From an uncultured Planctomycetaceae bacterium (GTDB lineage: Bacteria; Planctomycetota; Planctomycetia; Pirellulales; UBA1268): DNA of 64,000 nucleotides. The notes beneath the pieces were generated by a model. It ran no database searches. It had not been told where the DNA came from and saw only the letters and a list, made by a program, of their open reading frames with translations. Positions 28,652-38,621 of the stretch are shown here, piece after piece. The translations under genes and the position numbers were made by a program. The stretch lies in assembly GCA_903919035.1 (NCBI GenBank), contig CAIXGY010000139.1:6144-70143 (forward strand), given 5' to 3'. Numbering within the stretch: the stretch's first letter is position 1; each line of letters begins with the position of its first letter.

Positions 28652-29296
28652 TCAGGCTCCGGGCTCCAGGAGCGTGCGCAGGCGGCGCATCGCCCGCAGG
28701 TAGCGCATGCCTGCCGCGGGCTTCGACAGGCCGAGCACGTCGGCCGCCTCGGCCGTGGAAAGATGCTCGAAGTGCTTGAGGAGCACGATCTGCCGGTCGG
28801 CCTCATCGAGTTCGTCGACGGCCGCCGCGAACCGGCGTTCGAGCTCGTGCCAGGTTGCAGCGGCCGCTGGCGTGAGTTCGCGGTCGGCGAGATCGGCAGC
28901 CGGCCCCGCGCGTGACTCGTCCGTGTCGGCGCCGCCGAGCGGCACCTCGCGATCGATGCTCCGCGTGGCCGCGACCCGGTGCCGGCGGTGGGCGTCGATG
29001 AGCCGGTCGCGGGCCATGTGCCGAAGCCAGAGTTGGAATGGCATGGCCGGATTCGCCAGGTACTCGCCGAGACGGCGATTGGCCTCGACGAGCACGTCCT
29101 GCACGATGTCGCTGGCATCCACCCGCCGCTGCACGACGCGATCCATCCGCCGGTCGATCATCCGCCGGATCGCGGCGCGATGCCGCTCGAGCAGCCGGTT
29201 GACGGCATCGCCGTCGCCACGCCGCACCTGGTCGAGCAGAGCCAACGTCGGGAACTGCTCCCCGTCCCCACGTCCGGTGTCGGCGGTACTGGTCAT
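28652..29296 (-). CDS. ECF-type RNA polymerase sigma factor
   Basis: Start MTSTADTGRG (CAT 29294-29296). Sigma-2 region DIVQDVLVEA..FQLWLRHMARDRLID. Sigma-4 HTH LSTAEAADVLGLSKPAAGMRYLRAMRRLR. Confidence 0.85.
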   Translation of the reverse strand: MTSTADTGRGDGEQFPTLALLDQVRRGDGDAVNRLLERHRAAIRRMIDRRMDRVVQRRVDASDIVQDVLVEANRRLGEYLANPAMPFQLWLRHMARDRLIDAHRRHRVAATRSIDREVPLGGADTDESRAGPAADLADRELTPAAAATWHELERRFAAAVDELDEADRQIVLLKHFEHLSTAEAADVLGLSKPAAGMRYLRAMRRLRTLLEPGA

Positions 29297-29532
29297 GGCG
29301 GTCGCAGGGGCCGGAAAACTGATCTCCCCATCGTACCAACGTGTCGCTCGGCGCGGTGGTGACGGTCGCGTCGGGAATTTCGCCGGCGACCGCGTGCCGC
29401 CCGCAAAATTTGCTTCCGCGGCGGCTTGGGCGTTTTGCCCGACCGCTGGACGTGATCCATAATCGCCGGCGGTCACGGAGAGGCCGCTGTCGCCGCGACA
29501 GGACGCGGCTTCCTGGCGAACGGATCGCTCCA

Positions 29533-31203
29533 GTGACTGGCGTCTTCACCTCGACGTCGCTTCTTCTGCGGCTGTGTGCCGCGGCGGCCCTGTCTCTGGC
29601 CGTGTTCGGGGGCGGCACTGCCGGCGCCCAGGTCCATTCCCCGTCCCACGCCGACGACCTGGCGGTTCGTGCGGAGTCGCTCGCCCTCGAGGGCCGCTGG
29701 GCGGACCTCGTGAGCATCTGCGAGACGGCCGCCCGCAAGGGCGGTCTGCCGCCGGCGCTCACGGATCGCTACGACCTCGCCAAGCTTCATTGCGACGTCG
29801 CCAGGCGGCACGCCGAGCCCGCCTTCCGCCGCCAGCTCGCAGAACTCTCCGAGGCCGATGCCCGGCTCGTGTACGGTGAGGTGCTCGGCCGGATCGCGTC
29901 CCACCATGTCGACGCACCCGACTTCGCGCGGCTGGCCGCCCGCGGCCGGCGGGCCGTCGATGTGGCGATCGGCGAGCCGTCCTTCGTCGCCCTCCACGCT
30001 CCGCAGGCCACGCCGGATCGGCTGGCGCTGTATCGCGATCAGGCGGCACGCATCGCCGCCGCCCGCCCGGTCGCCACGCAGGCCGACGCCGAGGCCAGCG
30101 CCGCCTGGATCGCACGGGCCGCCCACTCGATCCTGGGAGTCGCGCCGTCGGTGACGCTGCTGGAGATGGCCGCGGCCGCCGTGGGCGGGCTCGACGAATA
30201 CTCGGCCTTTCTCACGAACGGCCAACTCGACGACCTCTACGCCCAGATCGAGGGCCGCTTCGTCGGTCTCGGCGTGGAACTCAAGACGGCGACCGACGGC
30301 CTGCTCGTCGTGCACGTCATCCCCGGCAGCCCGGCCGAACGATCGGGCTTGCGTGCCGGCGATCATTTGGTCGGCGTCGGCGGTCGGTCGATCGGCGGCC
30401 TCGGCGTGGACGAGGCGGCCCAACTCCTGCAGGGTCCGGAAGGGTCGCTCGTGACGCTCGCGATCCTCCGCGGCCCCGGCCCGGCACGGGCGGTGACCGT
30501 CCGCCGGGAGCATGTCGATGTGCCGAGCATCGAGGACGTGCGGATCGTCGATCCCGCCACGGGTGTCGCGGGCCTGAAGATCACCTCGTTCCAAAAGACC
30601 ACGGCGGCCGACCTGGAGGCCGCGCTGCGGCGGCTCGAACAGGCTGGCATGCGATCGCTCGTCGTGGATCTCCGCGGCAACCCGGGCGGCCTGCTCTCGG
30701 CGGCAGTGGACGTGGCCGACGTGTTCCTGGAGCGAGGCCTCGTGGTGGCCACCCGCGGCCGCAGCCCCGAGGAGGACTTCAACTACTCGGCCGGCCGTCC
30801 CGGCACCTGGCGGATGCCGCTGGTCGTGCTCATCGACGGTGATTCGGCGAGTTCCAGCGAGATCTTCGCCGGGGCCATCCGCGACCACGCCCGTGGCACG
30901 ATCGTGGGGGCGCGGAGCTACGGCAAGGGATCGATCCAGGGCATCTTCCCGCTCCAGCATGCCGGTGTCGGGATGCGGCTGACGACGGCGAAGTTCTTCT
31001 CGCCGCGCGGCCTGCCCTTCAGCGGCGTGGGCGTGTCCCCCGACGTGCCGGTGCAGGTGGCCTCCCGACCCGCCGCCGACGGCACGCTCGTGGAGCCGGT
31101 GGGCGATCCCGCCCTCGACGCGGCGGTCGAGGTCGCCCGCCGGGCGAGCCTCCCGCGGCCCGTCGCCGCCCAGCCGTCGCCGCGATCGACCGCCGCCCGG
31201 TGA
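29533..31203 (+). CDS. S41 C-terminal processing peptidase with PDZ domain
   Basis: Track ORF 29341..31203. GTG 29533 is chosen to give the signal-like VTGVFTSTSLLLRLCAAAALSLAVFG. Motifs GNPGGLLSAAVD, IDGDSASSSEIFAGA and YGKGSIQ. The start is uncertain. Confidence 0.8.
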   Translation: MTGVFTSTSLLLRLCAAAALSLAVFGGGTAGAQVHSPSHADDLAVRAESLALEGRWADLVSICETAARKGGLPPALTDRYDLAKLHCDVARRHAEPAFRRQLAELSEADARLVYGEVLGRIASHHVDAPDFARLAARGRRAVDVAIGEPSFVALHAPQATPDRLALYRDQAARIAAARPVATQADAEASAAWIARAAHSILGVAPSVTLLEMAAAAVGGLDEYSAFLTNGQLDDLYAQIEGRFVGLGVELKTATDGLLVVHVIPGSPAERSGLRAGDHLVGVGGRSIGGLGVDEAAQLLQGPEGSLVTLAILRGPGPARAVTVRREHVDVPSIEDVRIVDPATGVAGLKITSFQKTTAADLEAALRRLEQAGMRSLVVDLRGNPGGLLSAAVDVADVFLERGLVVATRGRSPEEDFNYSAGRPGTWRMPLVVLIDGDSASSSEIFAGAIRDHARGTIVGARSYGKGSIQGIFPLQHAGVGMRLTTAKFFSPRGLPFSGVGVSPDVPVQVASRPAADGTLVEPVGDPALDAAVEVARRASLPRPVAAQPSPRSTAAR

Positions 31204-31525
31204 GACGCGTGTGGATGCCCCGTGACGGCCACGAGTGGCGGTCCGGTACCCGGTCGGTTTTCAGCCCCCGCACGCCGCCACTTGAAGGCCCACTGTCGCA
31301 CCGGTACCTTCGTGATTGTCGGTCGTCCGAAACGTGCCCGCCGTTGAAAAATTTCTTCTTCTGGCTGCGGCGGTCACCGGGGACGGGTGCAGCGGCGCAC
31401 GCGCCGGTGAACCGCGTTTCCGTCGGCGTCCCGCACGGGCTTGGCGGAGCCGGTGCGACGAGCGGCCGTAGCGTCGAGCCACCGAAACCACCTTCGTTTC
31501 CGGAACCCACAGGAAGGAACTCTCC

Positions 31526-33700
31526 ATGACCACCGCCCGCGCCAGTGCCATCGCCGCCATCAACAGCTACAAGTCGAAGGGCGCAGGCTGGAACTTCCGC
31601 GAGACGCCCACGAGCGAGATCTTCGGCGCCAACGTCTTCAGCGACGCGGTCATGAAGGACCGCCTGCCGAAGAGCGTCTACAAGGCGCTCCAGGCGACGA
31701 TCAAGCAGGGCAAGCCGATCGATCCGGGCATCGCCGACGCGGTGGCCCTGGCGATGAAGGACTGGGCCATCGAGAAGGGCGCCACCCACTACGCCCACGT
31801 CTTCTATCCGCTCACGGGTCTGACCGCCGAGAAGCACGACAGCTTCCTGACGCCCACCGGCGACGGCGACGCGATCGCCGAGTTCTCGGGCAAGGAACTG
31901 ATCCAGGGCGAGCCCGACGCGTCGAGCTTCCCGTCCGGCGGCCTCCGCGCCACGTTCGAGGCCCGCGGCTACACGGCCTGGGATCCGACGAGCCCTGCCT
32001 ACATCCTCGAAAACCCCAACGGCACCACCCTCTGCATCCCCACGGCCTTCTGCTCGTGGACGGGCGAGGCGCTCGACAAGAAGACGCCGCTCCTGCGGTC
32101 CATGCAGGCGGTGGACAAGCAGGCCCGCCGCGTGCTCGCCCTCTTCGGCCACAAGGACGTGGGCCAGGTGATGGCCTCGGCCGGCCCCGAGCAGGAATAC
32201 TTCCTCATCGACCGCAACTTCTTCTTCGCCCGGCCCGACCTCACGATGACGGGCCGCACGCTCTTCGGCGCCAAGCCGCCGAAGGGGCAGGAGTTCGAGG
32301 ATCAGTACTTCGGCGCGATCCCGGAGCGGGTGCTGGCCTGCATGATGGACGCGGAGCGTGAGCTCTACAAGCTCGGGGTGCCGGTGAAGACCCGCCACAA
32401 CGAGGTCGCCCCCAGCCAGTACGAGATCGCCCCGATCTACGAGAACGCCAACATCGCGACCGACCACCAGCAGACGATCATGCAGACGCTGACGCGGGTG
32501 GCGCAGAAGCACGGCATGGCCTGTCTGCTCCACGAGAAGCCCTTCGCCGGCATCAACGGCTCGGGCAAGCACGTCAACTGGTCGATGGGCTGCAGGCTCG
32601 GCAACCTGCTGGAGCCGGGTGAGACGCCGCACGCCAACATGCAGTTCCTCGTGTTCTGCGCCGCCGTGATCCGCGCCGTGCACCTCCACGGCGACCTGCT
32701 CCGCGCGGTCGTGGCGAGCAGCGCCAACGACCACCGGCTCGGTGCCAACGAGGCCCCGCCGGCCATCATCTCGATCTTCCTCGGCGACCAGCTCTCCGAC
32801 GTGTTCGCCCAGATCGAGAAGGGCAAGGCGACCTCGTCGAAGCAGACCGGCACGCTGACGGTGGGCGTCGACACGCTGCCGCCGCTGCCCAAGCACGCCG
32901 GCGACCGCAACCGGACGAGTCCCTTCGCCTTCACGGGCAACAAGTTCGAGTTCCGGGCCGTGGGCTCGAGCCAATCGATCGCCGGTCCGCTCGTGGCCCT
33001 CAACACGATCGTGGCCGAGAGCCTCGACTACGTGGCCACGGAACTGGAGAAGGCCACGGGCGGCGACGCCGCGAAGCTCGCCGGCGCCGTCGAGAAGTTG
33101 CTCCAGAAGATCGTGGCGGATCACAAGGCCGTCATCTTCAACGGCAACGGCTACTCGCAGGAGTGGCACGACGAGGCCAAGAAGCGTGGCCTGCCGAACA
33201 ACCGCTCGACGCCAGAGGCCCTCGACCAGCTCGTGGCGCCGAAGACGATCGCCATGTTCGAGAAGTACGGCGTGCTCTCCGAGCGGGAGATGCGGAGCCG
33301 CTACGACATCTACATGGAGCGGTACTGCAAGGACATCAACACCGAGGCCCAGGCCGCGCTGCAGATCGCCAAGACGATGATCCTGCCGGCCGGCTACCGC
33401 TATCAGGGCGAGCTCGTCGACATCGCGACCAAGCTCAAGGGACTCGGCCAGTCGCCCCACCTGGGCACGCTCGAGAGCCTCACGAAGCTCGTCGGTGATT
33501 TCGAGAAACGGATCGGGGCGTTGGAGAAGGCGCTCGCCCACCATGGCGGCGGCGACCTGCGGGCCGAGGTCGGCCACTTCCACGACGACGTGATCCCGGC
33601 GATGGTGGCGCTCCGTGAGACTGCCGACCACATGGAGGTCATCCTGCCCGACGACCTCTGGCCGCTGCCGACCTACCGCGAGATGCTGTTCATCAAGTGA
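31526..33700 (+). CDS. glnN: type III glutamine synthetase
   Basis: 724 aa with AGGAAGGA 8 nt upstream of the ATG. GS-III-type N-terminus ([23 protein letters not shown]) and catalytic core ([24 protein letters not shown]). Confidence 0.9.
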   Translation: MTTARASAIAAINSYKSKGAGWNFRETPTSEIFGANVFSDAVMKDRLPKSVYKALQATIKQGKPIDPGIADAVALAMKDWAIEKGATHYAHVFYPLTGLTAEKHDSFLTPTGDGDAIAEFSGKELIQGEPDASSFPSGGLRATFEARGYTAWDPTSPAYILENPNGTTLCIPTAFCSWTGEALDKKTPLLRSMQAVDKQARRVLALFGHKDVGQVMASAGPEQEYFLIDRNFFFARPDLTMTGRTLFGAKPPKGQEFEDQYFGAIPERVLACMMDAERELYKLGVPVKTRHNEVAPSQYEIAPIYENANIATDHQQTIMQTLTRVAQKHGMACLLHEKPFAGINGSGKHVNWSMGCRLGNLLEPGETPHANMQFLVFCAAVIRAVHLHGDLLRAVVASSANDHRLGANEAPPAIISIFLGDQLSDVFAQIEKGKATSSKQTGTLTVGVDTLPPLPKHAGDRNRTSPFAFTGNKFEFRAVGSSQSIAGPLVALNTIVAESLDYVATELEKATGGDAAKLAGAVEKLLQKIVADHKAVIFNGNGYSQEWHDEAKKRGLPNNRSTPEALDQLVAPKTIAMFEKYGVLSEREMRSRYDIYMERYCKDINTEAQAALQIAKTMILPAGYRYQGELVDIATKLKGLGQSPHLGTLESLTKLVGDFEKRIGALEKALAHHGGGDLRAEVGHFHDDVIPAMVALRETADHMEVILPDDLWPLPTYREMLFIK

Positions 33701-33712
33701 GTCGCCCAGCCC

Positions 33713-34381
33713 GTGAATGACAGCGACCTGGCCGGGGATCTGGCCGCCGCGTGCGGCCGCCTCGGCCTCGACGTGACTCCCGATGCCATGCCGAGGCTCG
33801 CCGCGTTCGCGGCGAGCCTCTGGTCTTGGAATGAGCGGCTGAATCTCACGAGGCACACGACGCCGGAATCGTTCGCGGCCCGCGACGTCGCCGATTCGCT
33901 CGCGCTCGTGCCGCACCTGGCGGCCGGCGAACGGGTGCTCGACGTGGGCACGGGCGGCGGCGTGCCGGGGGCGATCCTGGCGATCCTGCGGCCGGATCTG
34001 CGGGTGGACCTCTGCGACAGCGTGGCCAAGAAGGCCCGCGCGGTCGCCGAGATCGTGAAGGAGGCCGGCCTCCGGGTGCCGGTGCATGCCTCGGCGGCTC
34101 AGGAGTTGGTCGTAGCCCGGGCCAAGGGCCCGAACCGGTTCGACACGCTCGTGGTCCGGGCGGTCGCACCCCTGGAAAAGCTCCTCCGCTGGTTCGAGCC
34201 GCTTTCAGGATCGTTCGGCCGGATGCTCGTGATCAAGGGGCCGCGATGGGAGGCGGAGAAGGCCGAGGCCCGACACCAGGGACTCGGAAAGAAGGTCTCG
34301 ATCCGCCGCCTCGCCTCGTGGCCGCTGCCGGGGAGCGACAACGAGAGCGTGCTGCTCGAGATCAAGGTCCGCGCGTCCTGA
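33713..34381 (+). CDS. rsmG: 16S rRNA (guanine527-N7)-methyltransferase
   Basis: 222 aa with WNERLNLT and the SAM motif VLDVGTGGGVPG. Lies 12 nt after the glnN stop. Confidence 0.85.
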   Translation: MNDSDLAGDLAAACGRLGLDVTPDAMPRLAAFAASLWSWNERLNLTRHTTPESFAARDVADSLALVPHLAAGERVLDVGTGGGVPGAILAILRPDLRVDLCDSVAKKARAVAEIVKEAGLRVPVHASAAQELVVARAKGPNRFDTLVVRAVAPLEKLLRWFEPLSGSFGRMLVIKGPRWEAEKAEARHQGLGKKVSIRRLASWPLPGSDNESVLLEIKVRAS

Positions 34382-34431
34382 CGCATCGGCTCGTGGCTCG
34401 TGTGGCGACGGTCAACGCGCCCAACCGGCTC

Positions 34432-34676
34432 GGGGCTGCCCACGCCCTCTCGCGGGACGTTCGCTACGGGCCTCCAGCCCTCCGCTCTCTGCATGTCCGC
34501 TGCGCTTCGACATCCTGTCTGCGCTTGCTCCCATAGCCCCGCTCAAGGGGATGGGCAGCCCCTCGCCCACCTTCAGCGTCGAACGGCGAACCGGTCAGAC
34601 AGTCGGTCAATACGGCCAGAACTCCAGGGAGGGGCTGCCCGGAGCGAACGTCCGGGCGAGACGGTACGGGCAGCCC
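34432..34676. repeat. inverted-repeat-bounded ~245-nt intergenic element (MITE-like or structured RNA)
   Basis: The arms 34432-34464 (GGGGCTGCCCACGCCCTCTCGCGGGACGTTCGC) and 34644-34676 (GCGAACGTCCGGGCGAGACGGTACGGGCAGCCC) are imperfect inverted copies. Internal GGGCAGCCCC (34553-62) and GGGGCTGCCC (34631-40) allow perfect 10-bp helices. The right arm recurs at 973..1009. Confidence 0.65.
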
Positions 34677-34702
34677 TGACCGATGCGGGCCGTCACTCGT
34701 GC

Positions 34703-35194
34703 CTACAGGTTCATGCCCAGGTAGCCGCCCGCGGCGTCGCTCGCCGCCTGCTCACGGGCGAGACGCTCCAGCGCCCGGGAGAGGTCGCCGGCTGCGATGT
34801 AGCGGTCGAACTCCGTCTCCACGGCGTGCTTCACCGACAGTTTCAGCCACTCCACGGCCGGCTGCGTGAGCCAGTCGCAGGTTTCCAGCGCGAGCCCGAT
34901 CTCCACGTCGCTGCCGATCGTCCGGGCGTCGAGCTCGTCGGTGAGCACGGTACCCTCGAAGGTGAACCGCACCCAGCCGGAATCGGCGTCGTTCGTGAAT
35001 CGGAACGTGCAGGCGCCGTCCGTGAGATAATAGGTGTTCCGCGTCCCGTGACGGCCGACCGCCCGCTGCATCTTCTCGAGGCGGCGGCGGTAGCCGGGGG
35101 AGGCATCGAGCGGAATGTCGAGCCTGGGCACGCTGCGCAGCGGCGTGCAGTCGAACGTGATCGCCACGGCCGGAAGTGAGACGTCGCCACCCAT
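34703..35194 (-). CDS. hypothetical protein (163 aa)
   Basis: Track ORF 34703..35389 trimmed to MGGDVSLPAV (CAT 35192-35194), because the plus-strand apbE frame carries the coding signal above 35193. G/C third positions run throughout. No motif recognised. Confidence 0.55.
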   Translation of the reverse strand: MGGDVSLPAVAITFDCTPLRSVPRLDIPLDASPGYRRRLEKMQRAVGRHGTRNTYYLTDGACTFRFTNDADSGWVRFTFEGTVLTDELDARTIGSDVEIGLALETCDWLTQPAVEWLKLSVKHAVETEFDRYIAAGDLSRALERLAREQAASDAAGGYLGMNL

Positions 35195-36230
35195 GATGAC
35201 CGCAGTGTACCGCAGCGGGATTCGGACGGCAGGCGCGATCACGATCGCCTGCCTGCTCGCGGGCTGCCGCGAGACCGCCGCCCCGGACGCGTCCGGGCAG
35301 CGCTGGGCCGAGACGCGGCGGCTCATGGGCGTGGCCTGGACGATCACCGTCTGCTCCCCTGATCCAGCCTCGGCCGGGGCCGCGATCACCGCGGCCTGCG
35401 CCGAGGTCGAGCGGCTGGAGCGGGTGTTTTCCGACTACGATCCCGAGAGCGAACTCTCCCGACTGTCGGCACGTGCGCCGATGGCCGAGGCGACTCCCGT
35501 GAGCGACGACCTGTGGCGGGTCCTCGTGCGGGCGGCAGAGATCCGCGATGCCACCGCCGGGGCCTTCGACGTCTCCATCGGGTCACTGACCACACTCTGG
35601 CGACAGGCCCGCCGTTCCGGACGACTCCCGGCGCGGGCGACACTCGACGCGGCACGGGCTGCCGTGGGTCCCGGGGCCGTGGAACTCGATCACGATCGCC
35701 GGGCCGTGCGCCTGCCGCAGCCCGGATCTCGGCTCGACCTGGGTGGCATCGGCATGGGCTACGCAGCCGACCGCGCCCTCGAGGTGCTCGCCCGACACCG
35801 CATCTCCGCCGCCATGATCGACGCCTCGGGCGACGTCGTCGTGTCGGGGCCGCCGCCTGGCACGCCCGGCTGGCGGATCGCCCTCGACCCTCTCGGCACG
35901 GGAACCGGAGGACGCGGGCCGCTCGTGCTCGCCCACGCGGCCGTGACCACGTCGGGCGACGCCGAGCAGGCCGTCGAGATCGACGGCCGCCGTTACAGCC
36001 ACATCGTCGATCCGCGGACGGGACTCGGCGTGGCCGGGCCCGCCGCGGTCACCGTGATCGCCCCGGACGGCGCGACGGCTGACGCCCTGGCGACCGCGGC
36101 GAGCGTTCTCGGGCCGGAAGCGGGTCGGGCCGTGATCGAGCGGTTCCCGGGAGCAGCCGCCCTGTTCACCTGGCAGGACGGGCAAGGGAGGCGACGCGAG
36201 TCGTCCACGTCCGATTGGCCGTCCCGCTGA
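35193..36230 (+). CDS. apbE: FAD:protein FMN transferase (ApbE family) lipoprotein
   Basis: Track ORF 35115..36230. ATG 35193 gives the lipoprotein signal MMTAVYRSGIRTAGAITIACLLAGC. ApbE motifs AFDVSIG, DLGGIGMGYAADRA and YSHIVDPRTG. Confidence 0.85.
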   Translation: MMTAVYRSGIRTAGAITIACLLAGCRETAAPDASGQRWAETRRLMGVAWTITVCSPDPASAGAAITAACAEVERLERVFSDYDPESELSRLSARAPMAEATPVSDDLWRVLVRAAEIRDATAGAFDVSIGSLTTLWRQARRSGRLPARATLDAARAAVGPGAVELDHDRRAVRLPQPGSRLDLGGIGMGYAADRALEVLARHRISAAMIDASGDVVVSGPPPGTPGWRIALDPLGTGTGGRGPLVLAHAAVTTSGDAEQAVEIDGRRYSHIVDPRTGLGVAGPAAVTVIAPDGATADALATAASVLGPEAGRAVIERFPGAAALFTWQDGQGRRRESSTSDWPSR

Positions 36231-36460
36231 ACGGCTTGTGCCCTTGCTGCTTTGCCCAGCTTGCCGCTGGCAACGGACGAGGGTGGCGACCATGACGATT
36301 ATCCCAAGTTTGCCGGTCGGGGGGTCGATACCGATGGTGCTGCCGCTGCGCCCAGGCGTACGGAGCGTGCGGGCATGGCGTCGGGGGGCACCGTGCCGGG
36401 CAGGTCCGTTCGCGCGGACCGACCTCCCCTTGGGCGCAGCGGCGGCAGTTTCGAGGTTCC

Positions 36461-38605
36461 TTGGCCCAGTCGCCGGCTCCGGTCGGTGCCCCCGCCGTGC
36501 CACGAACGATCCGCAAGATATGGGCGGTGCTGACGAGCCTGACGCTCGTCGCCGGGGGCTGCGCGCCCCGCCAGCCGTTTTATTTCTTCGAGGACGGCGA
36601 CCTCTCGCACTACGTCGGCGCGATCCAGAAACTCGAGTATCCAGACACGACGCAGGAGCCGCTCGCCGAGGCCGCCGGGGCCGTCGAGCCGCTGACACTC
36701 TCCCACGCCGACTTCGACTCCTTCTGGGACCTGTCCCTCGAGGAAGCCATCCGCACGGCGCTTGAAAACGGCAAGATCCTGCGAAATCTCGGCGGCCGGT
36801 TCGCGAGCTTCGGCGGCCCGCGGCCACAGACCGGCGAGCCACCGGTGTCGCTGCTGACGGCGCCCGGCCTCACGCCGAGCATCTATGATCCCGCGATCAC
36901 CGAGACCGATCCATTCCGCGGCGTGGAAAGCGCGCTCGCGCTGTTCGACGCTCAGGTGTCGAGTTCGCTCACGTGGGACCGGCAGAACCGACCGCAGAAC
37001 TTCAACGCCGCCGGCGGCACGATCTTCCCCCAGCAACTGCTCGGCGACACGGGCAACTGGACGAGCGGCATCCAAAAGCGGACGGCGACCGGTGCCACCT
37101 GGGGCTTCGCCAACTCCACGATCTACGACAACAACAACTCGCCGATCCGCGAGGTGCCAAGCACCTGGACGACGAACTACGACTTCACGTTCAACCAGCC
37201 GCTCCTCCAGGGGGCCGGCGTGACCTACAACCGGATCGCCGGACCAGACTTCTTCGACAATCTCTACGGCCGCCCGAACTTCCGCGGCGTGCTCCTCGCG
37301 AGGATCAACGCCGACATCTCGCTCGCCGAATTCGAGGCCGGCGTCCGCAACCTCGTCAGCGACACCGAGCAGTCCTACTGGGAACTCGCCTTCGCCTACC
37401 GCAATCTCGAGGCCCGCAAGGCGGGCCGCGACAGTTCGCTCGAAGCCTGGCGGAAGGTCCACGCCCTCTATGTCGAGCAGTCCCGCGGCGGCGAGGCCGA
37501 CAAGGAGGCCCAGGCCCGTGAGCAGTATTTCTTCTTCCGTGCCGAAGTCGAGGCCGCGCTCACCGATGTCTACCGCTGCGAGAACCGCCTCCGCTACATG
37601 ATGGGCATCTCGGCGAGCGACGGCCGCCTCATCCGCCCCTCCGACGAGCCCACCACCGCCCGGATCTCGTTCGACTGGCAGCAGGCCCTCGTCGAGGCCC
37701 TGTCGCGGTCGGCCGAACTCCGCAAGCAGAAGTGGTTCATCAAGCAGAAGGAACTCGAGCTCGTCGCCGCGAAGAACCTCGTCCTGCCACGGCTCGACCT
37801 CGTGGGCCGCTGGCGGTTCCTGGGCATGGGGCAGGACCTCATCAACCAGAACTACAACCCCTACAACGCCGACAATATCGACCCGCTGGCCGGCACCGAC
37901 GCCTACTCGACGATGCTGTCGGGGAAGTTCCAGGAGTGGCAGGCGGGGGCACAGTTCCTCATGCCACTCGGCTTCCGCCGTGAGCTCGCCACGGTCCGCA
38001 ACCACCAGCTTCAGTTGGCCCGCGAGCGGGCCCGACTCCAGGACGAGGAACTGGAGGTCTCTCACGCGCTGGTCGAGGCCGTCCGCAACGTCGACACCAA
38101 CTTCGCCCTCACCCAGACCAACTTCAACCGCCGCGTGGCGGCCGATCGTCAGGTCGAGGCCGTGCAGGCGGCCTACGACGCCGGCACCGTGACGCTGGAC
38201 CAACTCCTCGAGGCCCAGCGGCGGCGGGCCGAGGCGGAAAGCGCCTACCACCGGGCGCTCGTCGACTACAACCGGTCGATCTCGCAGCTTCATTACCGCA
38301 AGGGCTCGCTGCTCGAATACAACGGCGTGTTCCTCGCCGAGGGCCCGTGGCCCGGCAAGGCCTACTTCGACGCCCACCGCCGCGCCCGGCAGCGGGACGC
38401 GAGCATCTACCTCGACTACTCCGCGTCGCGACCCGGCGTCTTCAGCCGCGGCGCGATCACGCAGAACTTCGAGTCGGTCGGCGCCGACGCCAGAGCCATG
38501 CAATTGCCGCCGCGGGATCCGGCCACCCGCGAGCCCACTCCGGCGGTCCCGCCCGCGACGCCTGAATTGCTGCCCGCCCCGGCGAGAAATCCGGCCGGAT
38601 CCTGA
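36461..38605 (+). CDS. TolC-family outer-membrane efflux protein (long form, lipoprotein-like signal)
   Basis: 714 aa. Signal IWAVLTSLTLVAGGC. LSLEEAIRTALENG opens the first OEP repeat. Two coiled-coil/beta repeats (LEARKAGRDSSLEAWRKV...; LQLARERARLQDEELEV...). Confidence 0.8.
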   Translation: MAQSPAPVGAPAVPRTIRKIWAVLTSLTLVAGGCAPRQPFYFFEDGDLSHYVGAIQKLEYPDTTQEPLAEAAGAVEPLTLSHADFDSFWDLSLEEAIRTALENGKILRNLGGRFASFGGPRPQTGEPPVSLLTAPGLTPSIYDPAITETDPFRGVESALALFDAQVSSSLTWDRQNRPQNFNAAGGTIFPQQLLGDTGNWTSGIQKRTATGATWGFANSTIYDNNNSPIREVPSTWTTNYDFTFNQPLLQGAGVTYNRIAGPDFFDNLYGRPNFRGVLLARINADISLAEFEAGVRNLVSDTEQSYWELAFAYRNLEARKAGRDSSLEAWRKVHALYVEQSRGGEADKEAQAREQYFFFRAEVEAALTDVYRCENRLRYMMGISASDGRLIRPSDEPTTARISFDWQQALVEALSRSAELRKQKWFIKQKELELVAAKNLVLPRLDLVGRWRFLGMGQDLINQNYNPYNADNIDPLAGTDAYSTMLSGKFQEWQAGAQFLMPLGFRRELATVRNHQLQLARERARLQDEELEVSHALVEAVRNVDTNFALTQTNFNRRVAADRQVEAVQAAYDAGTVTLDQLLEAQRRRAEAESAYHRALVDYNRSISQLHYRKGSLLEYNGVFLAEGPWPGKAYFDAHRRARQRDASIYLDYSASRPGVFSRGAITQNFESVGADARAMQLPPRDPATREPTPAVPPATPELLPAPARNPAGS

Positions 38606-38621
38606 CGCCGGCCTGTGCCAC

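Noticed and set aside
31442-31456. Sigma-54-like GG-N10-GC (TGGCGGAGCCGGTGC) upstream of glutamine synthetase
   Set aside because: The -24 box is TGGCGG rather than TGGCAC, and the -12 is only GTGC. Such matches are expected by chance in DNA this GC-rich, so I do not call it despite the attractive NtrC/GS logic.
31019-34087. 1022-aa minus-strand ORF
   Set aside because: It is antisense to glnN and rsmG, both of which have clear catalytic motifs. Its product is low-complexity Arg/Gly/His-rich.
34382-34702. Possible RNase P, SRP or tmRNA gene (GUCCGGGC...GGGCAGCC resembles RNase P/SRP core strings)
   Set aside because: The GGAAAGUCCGG core and ACAGAACCCGGCUUA-type P4 partner are absent. There is no SRP GGAA-tetraloop helix 8 pattern and no tRNA-like T arm. 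The resemblance sits at the 3' edge of the gap with no room for the rest of such an RNA. It is kept only as an unclassified repeat/structure.
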